A stretch of DNA of 64,000 bases. Source: an uncultured Nitrososphaerales archaeon. Its GTDB lineage: Archaea; Thermoproteota; Nitrososphaeria; Nitrososphaerales; Nitrososphaeraceae. Below are positions 9,721 through 20,430 of the stretch, piece by piece. Made by a program: the position numbers and the translations under genes. The stretch spans positions 224,001 to 288,000 of the forward strand of contig CAWJCY010000006.1 of the NCBI GenBank assembly GCA_963841565.1, given 5' to 3'. Each line of letters opens with the position of its first letter. Position 1 is the stretch's first letter. The notes under the pieces are model-generated. The model ran no database searches and was not told the DNA's origin. It was given only the letters and a program-made list of their open reading frames with translations.

Positions 9721-11514
9721 ATGCAACATAAACCGACAACATGGAATCTTTCACAGTTGATAGAAAACCATAAAGGAGAAGAATTACAGATTCTGATAAA
9801 ATCGATTGAGCAGGCTGCAAAGCGGATTGAAGGCGAGCGTGGAATACTTAAAGAGAGCATTTCTTCAAGTCAATTTCAAAAACTTTTGAATCTTGTTGAA
9901 GGAATTAATGAGCAGATCAGTATTGTCGTTGGATATGCCCATCTGAAGTATGCTTCTGATACTTCGTCAAATGAGGCCGCTGCCCTGCTAACTAAGATGG
10001 AAATGCTGTCAGCAGACGTATCAAACCGCTTATTATTTTTTGACATCTGGTTTAAAAAACAACTCGATGATAGGAATGCCAATCGTCTGATAAATTCTGC
10101 TCCGGCCGTCTATAGAGAGCATCTAAAACATAGTCGACTTTTGTCCAAATTCACATTATCTGAACCGGAGGAGAAGATAATTAGTACACTGGAGGTGAGC
10201 GGGTCTGGAGCCCTCACAAAGATATACGACAGGATGACAAGCTCTTTGGAATTCGTTGTACAGTTAAAAAAAGGTAAACGGGTCATAGAAAAAAAATTCA
10301 GCAATAAGGAAAAGATGCTCTCGATGATTAGGAGCACAAAGAAGGAAGAGAGGATGTCCGCATACAAGTCACTATTAAAAGAGTACAAAAGAAATAGCGG
10401 TGTTCTAGGCGAAATTTACTTCAATACGGTTATACAGTGGCATGACGAATTCATAAAGCTACGTGGATTTAAGCGACCAATCACGGTACGGAATACATAT
10501 AACAATCTAGATGATTCAACTGTAGAATCTCTTCTCCAAGCTTGTCGTTCTAATGCGAAGGTATTCCAGAGGTACTTCAAAGAAAAAGCTGCGATGATAG
10601 GCCTCAGAAAGCTTCACAGGTATCATTTATACGCACCCCTAACCCTGAGTGGGAAGTATCGAGAAAGATTTAGCTACCAGAATGCAGTTAGCACGGTCAT
10701 CGACACATTTTCTGATTTTGATGCGAGATTTGGTGGATTTGCAACAAAAGTATTTAATGAAAAACATGTGGATTCCGAAATAAGAAAAGCAAAACAAGGT
10801 GGTGCCTTCTGTTACACAGTTACACCAAAACTTACACCATACATACTTCTTAATTTTGATGGTAGAATTAGAGATGTTAGCACTATGGCTCATGAATTAG
10901 GTCATGCTATACATAGTATGGCAGCTTCAGATAAGCCAATATCTGTCGCTCACGCCCCATTACCCTTAGCCGAAACAGCATCAGTCTTTGCGGAAATCCT
11001 CCTTAATGATAGACTCCGCAGCAAACTAACACGCGAGCAGAAAGCTATTCTGCTAGCTTCACAGATCGATGATATGTATGCTACAATTATGAGACAAGCC
11101 TACTTTACCCTATTTGAGATTGAAGCTCATAAGTCTATAACTGAAAAGAATGCGGATATAAACGAAGTATCAGACCTGTACCTACGAAATCTTGAAGAAC
11201 AGTTCGGTGATTCGGTAACTGTTTCAGATGATTTTCGCTGGGAATGGTTATACATTCCACACTTATATCATACTCCTTTCTATTGCTACGCCTATTCATT
11301 CGGTAATTTGCTGGTCCTGTCCCTTTACCATCAATTCAGAAAAGAGGGTAAGTCTTCATTTATTCCCAAATACTACAAGCTGCTTTCGTCCGGAGGATCT
11401 CGCAAGCCAGAGGAAATTTTGTCTGACATTGGAATCGACATCTCTTCCAGAGACTTTTGGCAGCAAGGATTTGATCTAGTTGAAAAAAATGTGCAGGAGC
11501 TACGGGACTTGTGA
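9721..11514 (+). CDS. pepF: Oligoendopeptidase F (M3B family); start probably at 9721
   Basis: TWNLSQL N-terminus, KQGGAFC, AHELGHAIH zinc motif, LAETASVFAE, HTPFYCYAYSFG. Confidence 0.93.
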   Translation: MQHKPTTWNLSQLIENHKGEELQILIKSIEQAAKRIEGERGILKESISSSQFQKLLNLVEGINEQISIVVGYAHLKYASDTSSNEAAALLTKMEMLSADVSNRLLFFDIWFKKQLDDRNANRLINSAPAVYREHLKHSRLLSKFTLSEPEEKIISTLEVSGSGALTKIYDRMTSSLEFVVQLKKGKRVIEKKFSNKEKMLSMIRSTKKEERMSAYKSLLKEYKRNSGVLGEIYFNTVIQWHDEFIKLRGFKRPITVRNTYNNLDDSTVESLLQACRSNAKVFQRYFKEKAAMIGLRKLHRYHLYAPLTLSGKYRERFSYQNAVSTVIDTFSDFDARFGGFATKVFNEKHVDSEIRKAKQGGAFCYTVTPKLTPYILLNFDGRIRDVSTMAHELGHAIHSMAASDKPISVAHAPLPLAETASVFAEILLNDRLRSKLTREQKAILLASQIDDMYATIMRQAYFTLFEIEAHKSITEKNADINEVSDLYLRNLEEQFGDSVTVSDDFRWEWLYIPHLYHTPFYCYAYSFGNLLVLSLYHQFRKEGKSSFIPKYYKLLSSGGSRKPEEILSDIGIDISSRDFWQQGFDLVEKNVQELRDL

Positions 11515-11637
11515 CACATGAATATGGAGTTGCTTGCTTTCCTCATGCACAGTGACCGTTCCAGAAGTAAACCCTTAACATAAAAAAATAATGAGTCCTT
11601 ATTAGGTATTTATGGTATTGGCTACTTTCTCTTAACT

Positions 11638-11688
11638 AATAGCCGGATGGAAAGCCAGTGCTCAAGCACGAATTGGTTTACGGCTATT
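11638..11688 (+). other. Interrupted stem-loop between pepF and GINS-mcm
   Basis: AATAGCCG/CGGCTATT outer stem; inner AAGCCAGT/ATTGGTTT (two G-U pairs) or GTGC/GCAC. Confidence 0.4.
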
Positions 11689-11866
11689 CATGTCTATTTC
11701 CAGCTCTCAGAATCATGTTCATTTTTGTGGCTACCGTACGTTACGTTTGATTTACCCACCGCTTAAATAAAACTGTCATAAGAAAAAATATAACTCTAAT
11801 GATCAAGTTAGAAGTAGGAGGCGTGATAAACTGCCAAACTACCGATGCTTCTCAAATGAGGAGCGA

Positions 11867-12376
11867 ATGACAAGGGTCCAAGACTCGTATAAGTTGGGAT
11901 ACCTAGTAGAAGATGTCAAAGTACAGTACAAGAATGCTTTGGATGTGTCACTGGACGAAATTGTTATCGATTCGAAGGAAGGAGATATTGGCTCGATTCC
12001 TCGGTGGCTGGCTCAAAACCTCTCAGAGTCAGGAATAGTCACAATACATGACAAGGATGATGCCGCTTACGTCTCCAGAACACTCAACTTGGAGAGAATT
12101 GCAAGGGCTCACGATCTTTCAGGCATAAATGCCGAGTTTTACATCAGAGTCAACGACTATCTTTCCTCATTACACGAAAAGGATCGGGAAAGAATAATTG
12201 TATCACTCAATTCATTCGTAGTATCAAGAATCGAAAAAATTGTCAAGCTGGCTGCTACCTCCACATTAACACCGGCAATAAGAGAAAAATTATCAGTGGA
12301 GGAGCGCGAATTGTATGATTTAGTTCAAGAATCGACTACTGCATTCAAAAAAAGGGTTTTAAGAAAATTTGACTGA
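11867..12376 (+). CDS. GINS complex subunit (Gins23-type)
   Basis: IPRWLAQNL beta domain, FYIRV, RIEKIVKLA...LSVEERELY. Overlaps mcm. Confidence 0.88.
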   Translation: MTRVQDSYKLGYLVEDVKVQYKNALDVSLDEIVIDSKEGDIGSIPRWLAQNLSESGIVTIHDKDDAAYVSRTLNLERIARAHDLSGINAEFYIRVNDYLSSLHEKDRERIIVSLNSFVVSRIEKIVKLAATSTLTPAIREKLSVEERELYDLVQESTTAFKKRVLRKFD

Positions 12377-14438
12377 ACAGCAGACCTCTGCGTCTTTAGC
12401 TAATGAACTTGAAAGATTTCTACGAGGTTTCAAGGATAATCTAGGCAATTACAAGTACTTTGAAAGAATAAATCACATGATGGCACTGGGCTCAACGTCT
12501 GTAGTAATCGACTATATTGATTTTGATACTTTTACTCCTGAACTTGCAAAGGAGATAACCCACCGCCCTGATGACATGCTTGAAGCTTTTAACTCTGCAG
12601 TCTTGACGGTATTGAACGAGATTCATCCTGATTACGCTGAAGAAATAATCGACAGAATCAAGGTTAGAGTAAGCAATTATTCAGTTCAGAGAACGTTACG
12701 TGATATTAATGCAGAGGTAATCGATAAGCTAATAGGGGTCTGGGGTATGGTTGTAAGATCTTCAGAAGTTAAGCCCTTAGCTAAGAGGATCGGGTATAGA
12801 TGTATGAATTGTCAAACGATTAATGAAGCGCAGCTCAAAGGTCTATTGTTGAAGAAACCCACAAAATGTGTTAATTGTGCAGAAAAGGAGCTTGAAATGG
12901 ATCCAGAGAATAGTGTCTTTACCGATTTTCAATTGGTACGACTCCAAGAGCTGCCGGAGGATTTGCCTGCCGGTCAGCTGCCACATTATGTGGAGGTGAC
13001 TGTAATGGGAGACCTCGTCGATCAGTGTCGTCCCGGTGACAGGATTATGCTAACTGGAATTGTGCGAATTGAGCAAGAGCAAATTTCTCCACAGATCAGA
13101 ACCAGTCTATTCAGACTTAGAATGGAAGGCAATAATATTGAATATCTTGGTGGAGGAATTGGCAATAAGGACTCGCGCACAATTGAGCGTCTAACTATAA
13201 GGAGCGAAGATGAAAGACAAATCATAATTATATCTAGTAAACCTGATGCTTATGACAAATTAATTGCATCGTTTGCCCCACATGTATACGGACATGAAGT
13301 GATAAAGGAATCCATATTATTGTTAATCGTTGGTAGTTTAACAAAGAAACTTAGTGACGGATCAACCAGAAGAGGAGATATGAATGTCTTCCTAGTAGGT
13401 GACCCGGGTACAGCAAAATCAGAAATGCTAAAGTTTGCGGCAAAGATAGCTCCTAGGGGGCTTTATACTTCAGGGAGAGGCTCTACTGCGGCTGGACTTA
13501 CTGCAGCTGTAATTAGGGATAAAACTGGTATAATGATGCTAGAGGCAGGAGCAGTCGTATTGGGCGATCAAGGATTAGTTTGCATAGATGAATTTGATAA
13601 GATGAGACCGGAAGATCGATCTGCGTTACACGAGGTAATGGAACAACAAACTTGTTCTGTTGCGAAAGGAGGAATCGTAGCTACGTTGAATGCAAGAACA
13701 TCTATTCTGTCTGCTGCCAATCCAATGTATGGAAAATACGACCCTTTCAAGAATATAACGGAAAACGTCAATCTGCCTATCCCCCTCCTTACGAGGTTCG
13801 ATCTTATTTTTGTGGTTCGGGATACCCCTGAAAGAGAAAAAGATAGTCGAGTTGCAAGCCATATCCTGGAAATTCATAGGGATACTAATCGAGCTGCTCA
13901 ACCTGCCATTGATACAGAATTGCTTAGTAAGTATTTGGCATATGCAAAGCAAGTCGAGCCTTCTCTATCGAATGAAGCAATGGATATAATTAAGGACTAT
14001 TATATGAAAATGCGAAATGTAGAAGCTGAGGGAATGATTACTGTTACCCCTAGACAACTTGAAGGACTCGTGAGGTTAGCGACTGCCCGAGCCCGATTGT
14101 TGTTAAAGGATAGAGTGGAAACTGATGATGCCGAACGTGCAATATATCTGGTGCAAAGAATGCTAGAGACGGCTGGTATGGATGTAAATACTGGGAAGGT
14201 AGATCTAGGGGTACTTCACGGTAAACCACACAGCGAAGTCTCTAAACTGAAGCTATTTATAGAGATATTTAACGCCCTTGCAGGCGAGGATAAGAATGAC
14301 GTGAGTGAAAGAAACTTCATTGACGAACTCATAAATACTGGAAAATTTACGGAAGACGAGGCTAAGACGTATCTAAGAAAAGCCATGCAAAACGGACAAA
14401 TCTTCGAACGAAAAGCTGGATTTTATGCAAAGGCTTGA
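12369..14438 (+). CDS. mcm: Replicative helicase MCM (no intein)
   Basis: C4 zinc finger, GDPGTAKS, IDEFDKM, LLTRFD, TPRQLE. Confidence 0.98.
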   Translation: MTEQQTSASLANELERFLRGFKDNLGNYKYFERINHMMALGSTSVVIDYIDFDTFTPELAKEITHRPDDMLEAFNSAVLTVLNEIHPDYAEEIIDRIKVRVSNYSVQRTLRDINAEVIDKLIGVWGMVVRSSEVKPLAKRIGYRCMNCQTINEAQLKGLLLKKPTKCVNCAEKELEMDPENSVFTDFQLVRLQELPEDLPAGQLPHYVEVTVMGDLVDQCRPGDRIMLTGIVRIEQEQISPQIRTSLFRLRMEGNNIEYLGGGIGNKDSRTIERLTIRSEDERQIIIISSKPDAYDKLIASFAPHVYGHEVIKESILLLIVGSLTKKLSDGSTRRGDMNVFLVGDPGTAKSEMLKFAAKIAPRGLYTSGRGSTAAGLTAAVIRDKTGIMMLEAGAVVLGDQGLVCIDEFDKMRPEDRSALHEVMEQQTCSVAKGGIVATLNARTSILSAANPMYGKYDPFKNITENVNLPIPLLTRFDLIFVVRDTPEREKDSRVASHILEIHRDTNRAAQPAIDTELLSKYLAYAKQVEPSLSNEAMDIIKDYYMKMRNVEAEGMITVTPRQLEGLVRLATARARLLLKDRVETDDAERAIYLVQRMLETAGMDVNTGKVDLGVLHGKPHSEVSKLKLFIEIFNALAGEDKNDVSERNFIDELINTGKFTEDEAKTYLRKAMQNGQIFERKAGFYAKA

Positions 14439-15029
14439 GCTCGGCCTGCTTACAAACGTGTATTTGATCGCTTGAGTATAATTTTATTAACGAAAATTCA
14501 TCGTCGCCGTAAGTGTCGTAGATTTGTCAATTATAGTATATGGTAAGGTTAGTCCTAATGTCCATTGCGAGGACTTGAAAATGTGTTCAGCAGAAAAAAA
14601 ATAACTGACATGTAATAAGAGCTACTATCTTTGAAGGAAATGTACCCCGATCAACACTATATCTTATTTATGACAGACGTTTATAGATACAATTTTCTTA
14701 GGACTACATATTTAATGTACTACTATGTATTCAATTCAATTCATGTACTCAAAGTAAGATAATGATTAATTCCAGAAGTTAGACATGTTCATAAATGTGA
14801 TGCATATTATGGCCAATAGCGTTGTACAAGATAATCAACCTTGATGAACAATGACATCAGAATATCCTTTATCTACCGAATCTTTGAAATTGACCTTAAG
14901 GTAAACTATACATAAATTTGTTCCTTGATCGATCTTTTTGTATTGTTGACTCGGTTTAGCCAAACATTTGAGGTGCCTCATTGTTTCTAACAAATGTTAA
15001 ATACACTTCCTCCCTAAGTAAGACAGAGG

Positions 15030-15407
15030 ATGCGTCGAAGTATTCTTGCTGTTATTATAAGTGTAATAATTGTGTCATCAGGGGTGTTGATAGTAGTATA
15101 TGGTTTTAACGTATTTTCTGCGGATTACAATCTTGAATTAGATCCTCTTAAGGACGAGCAAAACCTCTTTAGTACCGCTAGAGTCGCACTTTCCAATACT
15201 GGTAAGCTTCCTCTGACCAACGTAGTCATAAATTATGGTGGGCAAACTACTGAGTCAGTAGATTCAATTTCACCAGGACAGAAATTGCTGTTATCACCGC
15301 CTGGGAATGCCCCGCTCGACTTCGTTACTGTTACTACTGGGGAGGGCCTGAACCTGACGAAGGCGTATAGAACACCCATCAAACTACCAGGAATGATGGG
15401 ATCATAG
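15030..15407 (+). CDS. Membrane-anchored protein with small Ig/CARDB-like beta domain
   Basis: N-terminal hydrophobic helix, then VALSNTGKLPLTNVVINYG...ISPGQ. Confidence 0.6.
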   Translation: MRRSILAVIISVIIVSSGVLIVVYGFNVFSADYNLELDPLKDEQNLFSTARVALSNTGKLPLTNVVINYGGQTTESVDSISPGQKLLLSPPGNAPLDFVTVTTGEGLNLTKAYRTPIKLPGMMGS

Positions 15408-15749
15408 TACCGGCCATAGTGTGATACCGGCTGCACTTCTTGGGCTAACTAGCTACATCTGCATCCATGGACTTAATCGAAAGGCATCTGCATGGATAAA
15501 TACTATATCTAACACGCCGTTCATGGTTGTAGGCAGGATAAATGCATATACATGAAATGTAACCTACAAAATAATACTTCCATATGACCAATTCCTATTT
15601 AGATTTGATAATATGTAGTCATATCTAACAATTTACCCGTTTTATTATTATGCAAAATTTACAAAAAAAACACAGCTGAAATATTCTCGCTGCGCAAAAC
15701 TTAGCGAAATTTAATACGCACTTGTTCGTTCATTTCGTTGTTACTAGCT

Positions 15750-16376
15750 ATGTTTACAGGAATTATTGAAGGGTTAGGTGAAGTGAGATCTATCTCCAGT
15801 TTGAACAAAGAATTGGGTCGGCCTGCCCACATGAGGTTAAAACTGAAAATCCCGCTAAGATTACTGAATGGGCTCAAGTTGGGTGACAGTATGAATCTCA
15901 ATGGAACCTGTTTGACAGTTATGAACAAACGAAACCAAATGGTCGAATTCGAATTAGTGCGTGAGACTACTAAGAGATCACAGATGGGACAATTGAAAAA
16001 GGGAGACTTAGTCAATATTGAGAGAAGCCTACGGTTGGGCGATAGACTAGGCGGCCACATCGTCTTAGGGCATACAGACGGTACGGGAATTGTTGATGAA
16101 GTTAAAAGAAAAGACACGGAGACAAAAATGTGGATCAAATGTGAGGATCATTCACTCATGCCTTATATTGCCCAGAAAGGCTCTGTTGCAATTGATGGCA
16201 TTAGTCTTACTTCAAATGATGTGGATGGGAAAAAGAATAGATTTTCTGTTTCACTTATACCCTTTACGCTGGAAAATACTACCTTAGGTTTAAAGCGACG
16301 CGGAGATTTAGTAAACATAGAGATTGACATACTAAGCCGATATGTGCTTAATTACCAAAATTTTGGTAATAACTAA
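15750..16376 (+). CDS. ribE: Riboflavin synthase, bacterial/eukaryotic alpha-chain type
   Basis: MFTGIIE N-terminus (ATG 15750), GDSMNLNGTCLTV, VNIERSL...LGGHIVLGH, GSVAIDGISLT. Confidence 0.95.
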   Translation: MFTGIIEGLGEVRSISSLNKELGRPAHMRLKLKIPLRLLNGLKLGDSMNLNGTCLTVMNKRNQMVEFELVRETTKRSQMGQLKKGDLVNIERSLRLGDRLGGHIVLGHTDGTGIVDEVKRKDTETKMWIKCEDHSLMPYIAQKGSVAIDGISLTSNDVDGKKNRFSVSLIPFTLENTTLGLKRRGDLVNIEIDILSRYVLNYQNFGNN

Positions 16377-16400
16377 AAAATTAGTAAGATATATAACAAA

Positions 16401-17105
16401 TTGATGTCGACTATTATTCGATTGTATTCACTTGAAGATGCAATAGTTGCATTCTCAGCTGGCAAATTTGTACTTATACATGACGACGAAGGGAGAGAGA
16501 ACGAGGTTGATATGGTGATCGCATCGCAGTTCGTAACCCCTATGCACGTTGGCATTATGCACAGGCATGCAGGTGGTTTAATTTGTACTGCAATCACCCA
16601 CGAAGCTGCGTCAAAATTGGGCTTAATGTACATGCATGACATCTTGGAACATATGTCTACTACTGCTCCTAAGCTTTCGAAGCTTGCTTTCAGCAGGGCC
16701 CCATATGGTGATAGGTCAGCTTTTTCTATTTCAGTGAACCACCGTGATACCTATACAGGCATTACTGATTACGACAGGGCATTAACAATTAATGGAATTG
16801 CAGACGTGTGTAGAAAAATTGACTCGGATGGGCCGGAAAGATTCTCCGATACCTTCAGGGCTCCAGGACATGTTCCGATCTTGATTGCATCGAAGGGACT
16901 ACTAAATAACAGAATAGGCCATACTGAACTGTGTATGTATTTGGCTCAAGTTTCAGGGCTTACTCATTCAGTCGTCGTGTGCGAGATGCTTGACGTAAAT
17001 ACACATCGTGCATTGACCATTGACGGGGCTCTAAAGTATGCTAGGGAGAATAACATCCTTATACTTGAAGGCAGCCAACTAACAACTTATGCTAAGGCGG
17101 TATAA
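16401..17105 (+). CDS. ribB: 3,4-dihydroxy-2-butanone 4-phosphate synthase
   Basis: DDEGRENEVD, GGLIC, TGITDYDRA, FRAPGH, GHTE, CEM. Confidence 0.95.
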   Translation: MMSTIIRLYSLEDAIVAFSAGKFVLIHDDEGRENEVDMVIASQFVTPMHVGIMHRHAGGLICTAITHEAASKLGLMYMHDILEHMSTTAPKLSKLAFSRAPYGDRSAFSISVNHRDTYTGITDYDRALTINGIADVCRKIDSDGPERFSDTFRAPGHVPILIASKGLLNNRIGHTELCMYLAQVSGLTHSVVVCEMLDVNTHRALTIDGALKYARENNILILEGSQLTTYAKAV

Positions 17106-17114
17106 TGAAATTCT

Positions 17115-17582
17115 TTGGACAAGATCAGGATAGCCATAGTTGTATCTGAATTTAATAAAGAAATCACTTATAAAATGTCTGATCTTGCAAAGGAAAACAT
17201 TTTCAAGCAAAATGATGTCACATTGAGCTATTTGTGTTATGTTCCTGGTTGTTACGATATGCCTCTGATCATTAACGAGTTATTAAAACGAAGGGATGTT
17301 GATGCAGTAATTACACTCGGGGCAATTATCAAAGGAGAAACAAAACATGACGAGCTGATTGCAAATAGTGTAGCAAAGAGCTTCATCGATCTTTCATTAA
17401 AGTATAGGAAACCTGTCATACTTGGCATCGGTGGGCCAGATATGACTCTTCAACAAGCACGAGATCGAGTTGAGATTATTTCCTCAAGGACAGTAATTGC
17501 GGCAGTTAACATGACGCGACGCCTAAAAAAATTAAAAACGCAAAGATCTGGTTTGAGTACTTCTCCATTAGTGATAGTGTAG
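17115..17582 (+). CDS. ribH: 6,7-dimethyl-8-ribityllumazine synthase
   Basis: IVVSEFN, VPGCYDMP, LGAIIKGETKHD. Confidence 0.95.
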   Translation: MDKIRIAIVVSEFNKEITYKMSDLAKENIFKQNDVTLSYLCYVPGCYDMPLIINELLKRRDVDAVITLGAIIKGETKHDELIANSVAKSFIDLSLKYRKPVILGIGGPDMTLQQARDRVEIISSRTVIAAVNMTRRLKKLKTQRSGLSTSPLVIV

Positions 17583-17588
17583 ATAGAT

Positions 17589-18344
17589 ATGCATTTAACA
17601 GTAATCAAGATAGACAGATATGGACCATGGACTCTGACCCTTGGCAGCGATCGAGAATCAGCACTCCAAATGCTTCAAGCAAGGATCTATTTTGATATCC
17701 AACGGTTATTTTCTGAAAAACACTGCATTGTCTACCCTAATAGATTTGATGAATACTTTGCTATCACCAATGGATTGCTAATTTCAGATTTAGTGGATAT
17801 ACAAAGAGAGCTTACCAAATTATATCCGCAGTTGGGATTTTCAATGGCCATAGGGGACGGTGACACTCCTACTCAGGCAGACAGAAGCGCTTTTGATGCT
17901 CGAAAAAATGGTGTTCAAATCGCGTCCCGAGGAATCTATGGACATGACTTACATGGAAACCAACTAGGTAATCATATGACTGATATCCGGATAATGCATA
18001 TCGATGTTAGTGGGCTCAGTAAACTGAACTTGGAAATGTCTCCTTATCAAGTAACATCCATGATTTTCGGCATATATTCACGTTTAGTTGATAAATTTAT
18101 GGAAAAGGATTGCCTTACTTTTTATCTTGGAGGGGATAATTTTATGGTGGTAGCAAGCAATATACTCAAAGAAGAAGTAGAAAATATACTGCTTGGAATT
18201 ACAGAAGATACGCGTATTCCTCTTAATTGTGGAATAGGAAAAGGAAAAACAGGGAGAGAAGCCGCCATGATTGCAACAAAGGCCCTTGACAAAATTAGAG
18301 AATTAAGAGATAATGGTACACACGTTTCAATTTATGAGATATAA
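17589..18344 (+). CDS. gch3: GTP cyclohydrolase III (IIa)
   Basis: IDRYGPWTLTLGSDRE..LQ..Q, RFDEYFA, FYLGGDNFM, CGIG. Confidence 0.92.
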   Translation: MHLTVIKIDRYGPWTLTLGSDRESALQMLQARIYFDIQRLFSEKHCIVYPNRFDEYFAITNGLLISDLVDIQRELTKLYPQLGFSMAIGDGDTPTQADRSAFDARKNGVQIASRGIYGHDLHGNQLGNHMTDIRIMHIDVSGLSKLNLEMSPYQVTSMIFGIYSRLVDKFMEKDCLTFYLGGDNFMVVASNILKEEVENILLGITEDTRIPLNCGIGKGKTGREAAMIATKALDKIRELRDNGTHVSIYEI

Positions 18345-19619
18345 TGCCTGTTCTCATAAAGAACGCAAGTCTCCTGAGAGGACCAGATCTAATATTTGTT
18401 GAAAGAGGAGTCATACAGATCTCTGACAAGGGTATCATTACTAGGGTTGGAACTGACAGGGAACTTAACCCCATAGATAGGGGATCATCAATTTTTGATG
18501 CGGAAGGTCTTTTGCTTCTTCCTGGGCTAATAAATGCGCACACGCACGTCGGAGATTCTATTGCAAAGGACTTTACCTCAGATCCCGATTTGTCGTCGAC
18601 TGTTGATCCAATTGTCGGAATAAAACGAAAGATCCTTTCCAGAACCGATCCTATTCACCTGGAGGCATTCATGAGAAATACCGCGGTCTCAATGTTAAAA
18701 AGTGGAATTGTAGCATTTGCAGATTTCCGTGAGGGAGGTCTGGATGGCGTAGAGCTATTAAGGAGAGCAGTCTCCGGTTTAAAGATTAAGCCTTTAGTAT
18801 TAGGTAGAATAGAGAAGTACTTCGAGCCTCCTCCTTATCCCCAATCTAACCCAGACACCGACACCAAAGAATCATCAGTAGATTCTTCTGTCTTACCACA
18901 GGAGGTATCCGATGTGCTTGATGTTTCAGATGGACTCGGAATAAGTGGGACAAATGAAAACACCAATAGGTCGCTAACTGAGTATTCCAAGGCGATTAGA
19001 AACTACAATAACACAAGTAGCCAGGGGAACAGAAGATTACTTGCGATCCACACTGCCGAGTCTCAAGATACGAGCGCTCTGTCCATTAGGAAGTTTGGGG
19101 TGACTGAAGTTGAAAGATCAATCAAGTTTCTCCAGCCTGACTTCGTTGTACATATGACACAAGCGACTGATAAGGACATTGCTCGCCATAGCCACAAATA
19201 AAATAGGTGTAGTGGTTTGTCCGAGATCGAACGGATTACTAGGTTGTGGTATCCCTAGAATTGCTGATATGATGAACAACGGTTGCATAGTAGGATTAGG
19301 AACTGATAACGTTATGCTCAATTCTCCAGATTTATTCAAGGAAATGGACTACATTTGGAAGGTTTCTAGGGCTACAGATGCACATCAGATAAGTGCACGG
19401 GATATATTGAAAATGGCCACTGTTAATGGAGCTGAAATTCTCCACCTGAATTCTGGTTGCATCGAACCTGGTCGATCCGCTGACATGATGTTCATAGATA
19501 AGAGACATGTTGACCTCTATCCCATCCACGATCCTTATGCTTCTATAGTACAAAGGGCCAGTCAAAGTTCGATCATGGGTATGATGATAAACGGAGAATT
19601 TGTAACAGTGAATTCGTGA
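18344..19619 (+). CDS. Metal-dependent amidohydrolase (SsnA/chlorohydrolase-like), split by a +1 frameshift near 19184
   Basis: PGLINAHTH, AIHTAES and VVHMT in the first ORF; VVVCPRSN, LGTDN, ATVNGA and IEPGRSAD in the second. Deleting one base joins them. Confidence 0.85.
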
Positions 19620-20285
19620 AAGAGGCAATTAAGCAATTGAAGATTGTTATTAATGCAGCAATGACAGCTGACGGAAAAATAGCTACGAGAAAGGGAAATT
19701 CAGCTATATCGTCAAATGCTGATTTGAGAAGAGTACATCAACTAAGGAATTCAGTAGATGCAATAATGGTCGGTATTTCTACAGTATTAACAGATGATCC
19801 CCAGCTGACAGTTAGATTTGGCACGGCAGGCTCAAGGTCCCCTGCAAGGGTGGTAGTTGATAGCACTGGGAAGATTCCTTCAAGTTCTAGGCTCCTGAAA
19901 AAGGCTAATGAAATAAACACCATAGTGGCTACCTCCAAAAGGATTACTTTTGATAATATCCGTCGAATAGAGAGTACTGGCGCAAAAGTTCTAGTTGCAG
20001 GACGAAATAAAGTTGAGCTTAGGAAGGTTTTCAGAATACTGGAAAAAATGGGTTATAAGAGAATTTTAGTGGAAGGAGGAGGAGAGCTGAAATTGGTCCG
20101 TTCTAAAACTTGGTATTGTTGACGAACTAACAATCACCATATCTCCTCGGATAATTGGCGGGAGATCTGCAACCACGTTAGTAGAGGGTGAAGGTTGTAA
20201 TCGGATTTCTGAAGGCATGCCACTAAAGCTTAGAGATGTAAAAAGGCATGCAAACGGGGAAATAATCTTATTCTATGAACTCTAA
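19616..20285 (+). CDS. arfC: 2,5-diamino-6-ribosylamino-4(3H)-pyrimidinone 5'-phosphate reductase (ArfC/Rib7), +1 frameshift near 20089-20092
   Basis: AMTADGKIA, DAIMVG, DDPQLTVR, ILVEGGG. The shifted frame continues NWSVLKLGIVDELTITISPRIIGGRSATTLVEG to TAA at 20283-20285. Confidence 0.9.
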
Positions 20286-20430
20286 GCCTTGATCATCTCT
20301 CATCTATACTTATGCGGATCACATGTTCGAAACATAAATTGTGCTTTTTGATTTGGTACGAAATTTGTCGTGAGTAAAAAGCTGCTTGTGGTTGATAAAA
20401 TTAAAATTAGTCAATATAGTCAAATGTACG

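Noticed and set aside
12369-14438. Intein in MCM
   Set aside because: Normal length (689 aa) with uninterrupted Walker motifs.
15408-15749. FMN riboswitch ahead of the rib operon
   Set aside because: The conserved RFN blocks (GGGTGAAATTCCC, ACCGGCGG) are absent.
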